From IMG/VR virus record IMGVR_UViG_3300030943_000118: DNA of 31,625 bases. One strand, given 5' to 3'. The position numbers were made by a program, and so were the translations under genes. Origin of the DNA: a virus. The notes beneath the pieces are model-generated. The model saw only the letters and a program-made list of their open reading frames with translations, had not been told where the DNA came from and ran no database searches. Positions 25,314-31,625 of this stretch are shown piece after piece (the first letter of the stretch is position 1; each line of letters begins with the position of its first letter).

Positions 25314-27515
25314 TCACCTGTTTTTCTTAATGGCGTAATTGTCCGCCGCTTTGACAACGATTTCCTCTATCTGATTACCGCCTACATAGACCGGAATAAA
25401 GATGTTCTCCGGCCCTTTTCTCGTGACAGTTTGAGGCAGATTGGCAAGATTGGACATAAATGCCCGGAGCGCCGTTGTCTCGTTTGGTACTGACCTACCG
25501 TAAGCCTGCCCCTGCATCTGCGACACCATGCCGCTTGCAGATACAGCCTGTGCTGCCTTGAGTGCATTCTCAGATGATTCTACTGATGCATCCTCAAGCA
25601 AGTAGGCGTTATCGTCAACGCCCTTTGCCGCACCTGCCGGAATTTGTTTACCGACCTGTTTCGCGAATACCCGCGACGGTGATTTGATTCCAAGAAAATC
25701 TTTAACGGTTTGCAGCGCCTTGGCAGCAGCTTCTTTGGCGGCATCTCCGAGCTTCGAAGCTGCATCCGTGATTCCTTTTTTCACTCCATCGATGATGTTC
25801 TTTCCGAGCGTACCCCAGTCGATTTTCCCCAAGGCTTCCTTGATCTTGTCGAATATTTCGGGTCCTGATTCGGACAGGGCGCTCGCCGCGTCGATGATTC
25901 CAGTTAAGAGGGCTCCTATGATCTCAATAGCGGCTTCTATGATCATCGGGAGCGCATTAATAAGCGCCGTTACAATAGAGATGATGATGTCCGGCACCAT
26001 TTCGATCAGCGCCGGGATTGCGGAAACAAGCCCCTCTATGAGAGCGATAAGAATCTGCACGGCCGTCTCGATAATCATCGGGAGGTTTGCCATTAAGGTG
26101 TCGACTATGGTTGTGATCAATGTGGGAAGCATAGCAACCAGTTGTGGTCTTGCAGATGCTATTCCCGTGATCAGTGCCAAAAGAATCTGAATGGCTGCCG
26201 TGATGATAAGCGGCAGATTGTCGATAAGCACCTGTACGATTGTACCGACAGTGTCAACCATCATCTGAATAAGTTCAGGGATCATCCCTGTGATGCCATT
26301 TACAAGAGCAAGTAGAATCTGAATTCCTGCATCAAGAATTAATGGCAGGTTTTCCATGAGGGTTGATACAACCGTCGTAACGCATGTAACCATGGCGGGG
26401 ATAAGTGTAGGAAGCGCCGCCGCTATGCCCGTGATAAGGCTTGTAAGCAGCGTCATTCCGATAGTAAACAGTAGAGGTAAGTTTGTCGTAATGGTTGTAA
26501 TGAGTCCGGTAACTATTCCGACTCCTGCGGTTGCCAGTGTAGGAAGCTGTGCAATTAAAGCATTAAGCAGTGTAGTAAGAAAGCTATTCGCCATAGTGAT
26601 TACAGCCGGCAGTTGAGCAGTGATCCCGCTAAGGATCTGCCCGACTACTCCGCCGGCCGCACTAATAAGCCCCGGTATGCCGTCCTTGGCGAAAGCATCA
26701 GTTAGAGTTGATACCATGCCGATAGCTTCAGGCAGGAGTGTCTTTGTCAGGCTATCCGAGATAGGCTTAACGACTTCGCCAACCAACGAATTAGCATTGT
26801 CCTTGAGTGTACTGATAAGTCCGTCGAATGTTGTCGACGCGGTTTCCATGCCCTTGTAGAACTGACCGCCCTCGGATGTTGCTGTCTTGAATGCAGCCGT
26901 GAGTTCGTCCGCGGATATTCCGCCCTTGGACATCCTGTCTGTGAGCTCCGACATTGATTCGCCGGTCTTTTCCGAGATGACTTTTAGCGGATTAAATCCT
27001 GCCTCGATCATCATCTGACAAGTCTCGCCGGTGAGCTTACCCATCGAATTGGCTTTACCGAATGCATTTGTAAGGGAACCGAGTTTTTCAGCGTTCCCGA
27101 GAGACACATCTCCGAGCATCGTGAGTATTCCAGTCGAATCATCAGCAGCCACGCCAAAAGCCAATAGGGTAGTTGTCGCCGTTGCAAGATCAGACATCTC
27201 AAACGGAGTAGCAGCTCCCAGCTTCTTGAGTTCATTGACCTTCGCTACAGCTGCCTCTTCGCTCCCAAGCATGGTCTTAAAATTTGCAGTGTAGTTTTCC
27301 ATTTGAGCATTGTATTTAACGCCGGAAACGACCAGAGCGCCCATGCCGGTACCAACTGCTGCAAGTGCTCCGACTGTGATGCCGGCCATGCCCGCCGCGG
27401 CTGATCCGATCGCTCCAAAGCCTTTGGATGCAAACGATCCAAGCCCCGACAAACTAGACTTAAAACCAGACTCATCTAGTTCGGTCCCGATCTTGATTGT
27501 GCCGTCGTTTGCCAT
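25314..27515 (-). CDS. tail tape measure protein
   Basis: 733 aa with Gly/Ala-rich N-terminus, repeated NLPxII...AIQILLALIxGI segments and a C-terminal SPSRV motif; sits between the chaperone genes and the distal tail genes. Confidence 0.85.
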   Translation of the reverse strand: MANDGTIKIGTELDESGFKSSLSGLGSFASKGFGAIGSAAAGMAGITVGALAAVGTGMGALVVSGVKYNAQMENYTANFKTMLGSEEAAVAKVNELKKLGAATPFEMSDLATATTTLLAFGVAADDSTGILTMLGDVSLGNAEKLGSLTNAFGKANSMGKLTGETCQMMIEAGFNPLKVISEKTGESMSELTDRMSKGGISADELTAAFKTATSEGGQFYKGMETASTTFDGLISTLKDNANSLVGEVVKPISDSLTKTLLPEAIGMVSTLTDAFAKDGIPGLISAAGGVVGQILSGITAQLPAVITMANSFLTTLLNALIAQLPTLATAGVGIVTGLITTITTNLPLLFTIGMTLLTSLITGIAAALPTLIPAMVTCVTTVVSTLMENLPLILDAGIQILLALVNGITGMIPELIQMMVDTVGTIVQVLIDNLPLIITAAIQILLALITGIASARPQLVAMLPTLITTIVDTLMANLPMIIETAVQILIALIEGLVSAIPALIEMVPDIIISIVTALINALPMIIEAAIEIIGALLTGIIDAASALSESGPEIFDKIKEALGKIDWGTLGKNIIDGVKKGITDAASKLGDAAKEAAAKALQTVKDFLGIKSPSRVFAKQVGKQIPAGAAKGVDDNAYLLEDASVESSENALKAAQAVSASGMVSQMQGQAYGRSVPNETTALRAFMSNLANLPQTVTRKGPENIFIPVYVGGNQIEEIVVKAADNYAIKKNR

Positions 27516-27559
27516 GCTTCCACCACCTTTTATGTGTGAAAATCATCGGCACTAAGGCA

Positions 27560-27697
27560 CTACTTGATTTTGATTTCGAATTCTTGTTTGCAGTTTCGCC
27601 CCTTGCATCGGACGAAAAGACCTTTACTCTGTCCTGTTTCGTCATACTCAACGGGCATTTCATAGCCACAGTGCGGGCATTTAACTTTCTTTCTCAC
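27560..27697 (-). CDS. zinc-ribbon mini-protein (45 aa, CPHC...C...C)
   Basis: GTG 27697 with GGAGG 6 nt upstream, embedded in the last codons of the Gp15-like gene; MRKKVKCPHCGYEMPVEYDETGQSKGLFVRCKGRNCKQEFEIKIK. Confidence 0.35.
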   Translation of the reverse strand: MRKKVKCPHCGYEMPVEYDETGQSKGLFVRCKGRNCKQEFEIKIK

Positions 27698-28313
27698 TGT
27701 TGACCTCCGCCATTTTACGGTTGATGTGTTTGAGCATATCCGCATCCCGTTTCGCGAGCGCCATTTTGCTATCGGCATTCGTTTCAGATTCGAGAGCGTA
27801 TAGGTTTTTCATGTCGATGTAAAACTTCTTCTGATGTTTGTCCATGCCAGCCGTATCGGTTACCCGGTAGCTCATGATCTTGGACATTTTCAGATCGTCG
27901 TTCAGCGACTCAAACATGCATTTGAACTTCCACCAGTGCAGATCCGCGCTTGCTATGTCCTGCAGGTCGAGCTTGTACTGGGTCTGAAACGCCGAATAGA
28001 TAAATGGCGCGTCCTGCTCAAAGCAGTAGCACCGCTTCGAGTTCGAGGATCCCTTACTTTTACTCTTACTCTTCTTCTCATCCTTGCCGCCCCGGTAGAA
28101 CCACATCATCATTTCAAATGCTTGCGCCGTATCGTCCGGCATATTCTCGCCATAGAATAATTCAAGCGCGGTACCGACTCTGTCAGTGTCGCTCAAGGCG
28201 TTGTCGAAGATGCAGATTTCTATCAGGATAAATGTTCGAAATCCATAATTGACAGGGTAATCGGTGCCGTCGATTGTTACTGACCGAGGGAGTTCGTCAA
28301 TCATGATGTTCAT
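27681..28313 (-). CDS. Gp15-like tail assembly protein
   Basis: 210 aa with a central KSKSKSKGSS low-complexity stretch, between the tail chaperone and tape measure genes; family from memory. Confidence 0.6.
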   Translation of the reverse strand: MNIMIDELPRSVTIDGTDYPVNYGFRTFILIEICIFDNALSDTDRVGTALELFYGENMPDDTAQAFEMMMWFYRGGKDEKKSKSKSKGSSNSKRCYCFEQDAPFIYSAFQTQYKLDLQDIASADLHWWKFKCMFESLNDDLKMSKIMSYRVTDTAGMDKHQKKFYIDMKNLYALESETNADSKMALAKRDADMLKHINRKMAEVNSEKES

Positions 28314-28637
28314 TTATCTCACCCGTTTGGCGCTATACTTCGTGACGATCTGCATCTTTGCCTCTCCGACTATTTCGCAGAATTCATAGTATGCGTTCTG
28401 CGCTGTCATGGAGTTCTTGCAATCCCCGATAACATCAGCACCGGTTGCAGAAATAAAGAACGTTTTGAACATCTGGATCAGAACCTTGTTCATGTCGCTC
28501 ATTTTCTTGGTTTTTGATGCATCCTGAATCTTCTTTTCCGACCAAGAGAGCTGATCAACCGCCTTTTCAAAGGCTTCGGAATGATCGATGTCAAAGATAT
28601 CAAATTCAAACTCAACGTTATTAATTTTCATTGTCAT
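28314..28637 (-). CDS. tail assembly chaperone
   Basis: ORF 28314..28670; likely start ATG 28637 (GAGGAGGG 7 nt upstream) just after the post-tail-gene hairpin. Confidence 0.55.
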   Translation of the reverse strand: MTMKINNVEFEFDIFDIDHSEAFEKAVDQLSWSEKKIQDASKTKKMSDMNKVLIQMFKTFFISATGADVIGDCKNSMTAQNAYYEFCEIVGEAKMQIVTKYSAKRVR

Positions 28638-28649
28638 AAAATTTCCCTC

Positions 28650-28684
28650 CTCAAAAGGAAAGCGGGGCATATTTCAGCCCCGCC
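28650..28684 (-). terminator. intrinsic terminator / attenuator just downstream of the major tail protein gene
   Basis: Minus strand: GCGGGGC-tgaaatat-GCCCCGC perfect 7-bp stem followed by TTTCCTTTT. Confidence 0.5.
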
Positions 28685-28690
28685 GGTTGA

Positions 28691-29503
28691 TTAAGCAGCA
28701 GTGGTAAAGTCGGTACCGGATGCGGCCAGACACTGACCGTAAATGTCACATACGCCAGCAACGGAAATAAGATACTTCGTTGTTCCGGCAAGAGCGGCAG
28801 TCGGCGTAATGGTGAGGATCTTCTTGGTTGCGTCCCACGACTGGGCGGCCGCAACGATATCACCTGTCACCGAGTTGAGCAGCGAGACCGCGGATCTGGC
28901 AATGGCATTGTTAAACGTCAGTACCATGCTCGATGCTTTTGCGATTGCTGTAGCGGCATCAGCCGGAACAACAGTAGAAAGGGCAACAGCGGAAATGGAT
29001 CCGGGAACGTAGGTGTATGCAGCGGGCTTCCCGCCGCATGATTTCAGCTCGATGTCGATAGCAGAATTTTCTCCGCCGTTACCACCGCCGTCTGAATTAA
29101 CCACGATAGCAATCTGGCCAGTTTCGCCGATGCCCGTGACTATGTTGTAATAAACATAGTTCGTAACAACAGCCTTACCGATACCGAACTTAACCGCGAA
29201 CCCGAGCATGTAGTCCTGAGCAGCATCGCCGATATAGCGATCACCTGCGAGCTTAAATGTCCGCTGGTTCCCGGTCTTGGTTGTGGTCGGGCCCATGCGG
29301 ATATAGGTCTTTTCGGACAATACCGGATTGAGCTGGGCGTCCACTCCTTCGACAAACAGACCGACTACACCATACGCCGGGATAAGCGTCGCTACAGCAT
29401 TGGTAGGATCCATGTCAATGGCGAGTACATACTCATCGTTTACAGCCGCCCCGGTATAAACCGGATTCGTTGTAATTCCTGTCATTAAGGTTGATACAAG
29501 CAT
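28691..29503 (-). CDS. major tail protein
   Basis: 270 aa, GAGGAGG RBS, placed between the neck genes and the chaperones; Ser/Thr/Ala-rich C-terminal region, possibly an Ig-like decoration domain. Confidence 0.75.
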   Translation of the reverse strand: MLVSTLMTGITTNPVYTGAAVNDEYVLAIDMDPTNAVATLIPAYGVVGLFVEGVDAQLNPVLSEKTYIRMGPTTTKTGNQRTFKLAGDRYIGDAAQDYMLGFAVKFGIGKAVVTNYVYYNIVTGIGETGQIAIVVNSDGGGNGGENSAIDIELKSCGGKPAAYTYVPGSISAVALSTVVPADAATAIAKASSMVLTFNNAIARSAVSLLNSVTGDIVAAAQSWDATKKILTITPTAALAGTTKYLISVAGVCDIYGQCLAASGTDFTTAA

Positions 29504-29505
29504 TT

Positions 29506-29940
29506 TTAATCCTCCTCATAATAAGTTACTTTGCACTGCAGCATGTATTTTGCAGTTGCGGTTGTGATGTCAACGTCGGCTAAGTTTGGCATGTTTTGCA
29601 GTGACTCAATTTTCTGCACTTTGCACTTAACCCCGAGGTTCGGGAATGCTTTTATTTTGTTCTGTGCGTCAATCCAGTCGCTGAAATCCTGCGCCATGTT
29701 CATAGCCAATAGATTTAGGTCGTCCGTGCCCTCTGAAAACGATTTCGAGATGATGACCGCGAAACCATATTCCTTGACAGCCCCGGAGTGTAGGTATTTT
29801 TTGATTGTTCTTGGTGCATAAGACGGGATGAAAGCGATCGTGTCAGGCGTTCCCAAAGACACGTTGAAATTGAGAACGTTCCCGACTACCTCCAAAACCT
29901 TAGCTTCAAGATAGGCTTTCATGATGTCATGTTTGCTCAT
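29506..29940 (-). CDS. neck protein (tail terminator / tail completion candidate)
   Basis: ORF 29506..30018; likely start ATG 29940 (MSKHDIMKAYLEAK...) overlapping the upstream stop (ATGA). Confidence 0.6.
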   Translation of the reverse strand: MSKHDIMKAYLEAKVLEVVGNVLNFNVSLGTPDTIAFIPSYAPRTIKKYLHSGAVKEYGFAVIISKSFSEGTDDLNLLAMNMAQDFSDWIDAQNKIKAFPNLGVKCKVQKIESLQNMPNLADVDITTATAKYMLQCKVTYYEED

Positions 29941-30353
29941 TTTGTGCCTCCCTTGATGTAGTTCTGTACCGCCCTTTGCAGGTCTGACATTCTTGCGGCT
30001 TTCATGGCTTGATCCCAATGTGAAGTAGCGAGCGGTTTCGAATATCGAAGCCTTTTTCCTGTAGATACTTTGTACTCGCCGTGCGAATAAGATGATCCAG
30101 TGGTCGAAGAAACAAATAAGATACCACCGTATTGATACCTGGAGTATGGCGCAAGATAATGCACTACGCCCCCGCCATTCTCGACATACGTTCTGACATC
30201 CTTGATCATGACGTGATTGAGTTCAGGAACATACGGCTGCATAAGCTTTCGCGCTTCGTTCGCCATGAACAACTGCGTTTTGTCGCCGCCAGTCGTTTCT
30301 TCGATGATCGTTTTTTCTGGCTTGTTGAATTCAAAGCTGATCTTATTACCCAT
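29937..30353 (-). CDS. neck protein (head-tail joining)
   Basis: ORF 29937..30365; likely start ATG 30353 (MGNKISFEF...) directly after the upstream stop. Confidence 0.6.
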   Translation of the reverse strand: MGNKISFEFNKPEKTIIEETTGGDKTQLFMANEARKLMQPYVPELNHVMIKDVRTYVENGGGVVHYLAPYSRYQYGGILFVSSTTGSSYSHGEYKVSTGKRLRYSKPLATSHWDQAMKAARMSDLQRAVQNYIKGGTK

Positions 30354-30354
30354 A

Positions 30355-30789
30355 TCAGCCACCAAACCTGTAATGCAACTGTACCGCCCCGGAGTTGTCC
30401 GAGAATGCCGTTGCCTTGAATGCGCCTGGTTTGTTACGGCTTAACACCTGAGCCGCCGTGTTGGGACTTGCAGAGGCTATTACCTCTGAAGAATTACCCA
30501 AAATAATCACGTCGCCTAGATTGCCGGTGAAGTACTGACCTCTGGATGCAGCAGGAACTTTGACCCATTCGGCATATGGCTTGTACTTTGTACTTGCCGG
30601 GATCCTCGAAACATACGATCCTGCCATTTGTGAAGATGTCCCGGAATTAACAGCTGTCTGCAAGCACTTGGAAAAGCACTCAGGGAGTACAGTCTTATAC
30701 CATACATCCGCTGTGCCGTCCGGATTGTCCGCACCTTTAAGGCAGTTATACAAAGTGATTGTCTGGTTGTAGTTCGGGTTCAGTGCCAC
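30355..30789 (-). CDS. neck protein (head closure candidate)
   Basis: 144-aa ORF with an apparent GTG start overlapping the upstream gene. Confidence 0.6.
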   Translation of the reverse strand: MALNPNYNQTITLYNCLKGADNPDGTADVWYKTVLPECFSKCLQTAVNSGTSSQMAGSYVSRIPASTKYKPYAEWVKVPAASRGQYFTGNLGDVIILGNSSEVIASASPNTAAQVLSRNKPGAFKATAFSDNSGAVQLHYRFGG

Positions 30790-31220
30790 ATGTCTACCCC
30801 CCTGCGCATCAACACAGTACCGGATAGGTATTTCTTAGCGATAGAGTTGATAGAGCCGTTCTTGTTCAGGAGTGCCGTTGCATCGAAGCTGCCAGACTGA
30901 CCGTCGTTTCCGAATGCCGTCTGAATCATTCCTGTAGCGGTTGCTTTTTCGAGCTTGTACAGGTACTCAGCGATGTCACAGAGGCAGTCCTTGATGTCAG
31001 TCAGAACGAGCGTGATTACTTCGTCCCTGATCGTAATGGTTGCCACTGTGCTCACGATAACAACAGAAGAGAGCCGCCCACCGGTTAAGGTGTTCAGCTC
31101 CCTTTCTGCCTGCTTCTCGTAGAATGGAAATTCGGTTGCACCTATGACAGCCGCAGAACCTGCCCTGTATGTGCTCGTGTAATAGGTCGAGTCAACGATT
31201 GCTGCCATTGTGTGCCTCAT
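30780..31220 (-). CDS. head-tail connector / adaptor protein
   Basis: 146-aa ORF immediately after the capsid region; ATG 31220 overlaps the stop of the 39-codon ORF (ATGA); alternative ATG at 31208. Confidence 0.6.
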   Translation of the reverse strand: MRHTMAAIVDSTYYTSTYRAGSAAVIGATEFPFYEKQAERELNTLTGGRLSSVVIVSTVATITIRDEVITLVLTDIKDCLCDIAEYLYKLEKATATGMIQTAFGNDGQSGSFDATALLNKNGSINSIAKKYLSGTVLMRRGVDMWH

Positions 31221-31336
31221 TCCTTTTTCTTTGTCGGCTTTTCTGCCGGCTTGACCTCTGCATATCCCTTACCGATCCAGTAAGGGAGTTCTGCAGCGGA
31301 TGTCTCGACGGTTATACCGCCATTACGTACCTGCAT
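31217..31336 (-). CDS. possible mini-protein (39 aa) between the capsid and connector genes
   Basis: MQVRNGGITVETSAAELPYWIGKGYAEVKPAEKPTKKKE; starts 2 nt after the capsid stop with no clear SD. Confidence 0.25.
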   Translation of the reverse strand: MQVRNGGITVETSAAELPYWIGKGYAEVKPAEKPTKKKE

Positions 31337-31338
31337 GA

Positions 31339-31625
31339 TCAAGTCGTGCTCTTGTGGAGATACACGCCCTTGGCCTTGTTCTCATACACGAATGCATCGT
31401 GATACAGGAGGAACTGATACAGCCAAGAATCCTTGATCTGGTTTGTGTCCGGATCAAAGACTTTAGGGATGATGAACTTGGGAACCTGCACAACAGCCTC
31501 GGGATAGACGATCATGAAGTTGATGTCTCTGCCGGTTGTGGCTGTCTTGGCATAGCCCCATGTTGACGCACCGTCATTCAGGGTGACCTGCGTATAGAAC
31601 CGCGAAGCAGGAACGAACGTAACGA
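31339..31625 (-). CDS. major capsid protein, 3' part (31499..31625 duplicates 1..127)
   Basis: In-frame continuation of the ORF that starts at 728; ends ...YENKAKGVYLHKSTT, stop TGA at 31339..31341. Confidence 0.7.
   Translation of the reverse strand, partial: VTFVPASRFYTQVTLNDGASTWGYAKTATTGRDINFMIVYPEAVVQVPKFIIPKVFDPDTNQIKDSWLYQFLLYHDAFVYENKAKGVYLHKSTT
31499..31625. repeat. terminal direct repeat, identical to 1..127
   Basis: Exact 127-nt identity seen in the sequence. Confidence 0.95.

Noticed and set aside
25684-26859. Plus-strand ORFs antisense to the tape measure gene (25684..26190, 26356..26616, 26620..26859)
   Set aside because: Shadow ORFs opposite a long repetitive gene; Ser/Ala/Ile-rich with no translation signals. 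The same applies to plus-strand ORFs opposite the portal, terminase and tail genes.
28314-28340. Programmed -1 frameshift between the tail chaperone and Gp15-like genes
   Set aside because: The genes are adjacent (TAA then ATG) rather than overlapping, and no slippery heptamer is visible at the chaperone 3' end.
1-31625. Integrase, recombinase, partition genes or tRNA genes anywhere in the window
   Set aside because: No ORF shows tyrosine or serine recombinase or ParA/ParB motifs, and no convincing cloverleaf was found in the intergenic regions; absence is based on manual inspection only.

Overview
The window is a complete, compact phage genome of about 31.5 kb with a siphovirus-type (long non-contractile tail) gene order, presented almost entirely in antisense orientation. 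Positions 1..127 are identical to 31499..31625, so the unit length is 31,498 bp and the sequence is circular or terminally redundant; the major capsid gene is split across the window edge. Strong AGGAGG-type ribosome-binding sites and frequent ATGA/GTGA stop-start overlaps suggest a Firmicutes host. Reading the minus strand in transcription order: a divergent XRE-type switch (20206..20367), an early region with an SF2 helicase, an orphan DNA methyltransferase and a pentapeptide-repeat protein, then a recombination/replication module (ERF, HNH-like, replisome organiser, DnaB-like ATPase, SSB), many small zinc-ribbon proteins, a sigma-70 region-4-like regulator, and the late operon (terminases, portal, head, neck, tail, lysis). 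The most notable findings are the pentapeptide-repeat protein encoded by ~23 near-identical 15-bp repeats, a promoter-terminator pair predicting a short antisense RNA next to the switch, and a nuclease-like gene interrupted by an in-frame TAA. No integrase, recombinase, partition genes, tRNA or CRISPR array were found. All family assignments come from motif reading and recall, not database searches.
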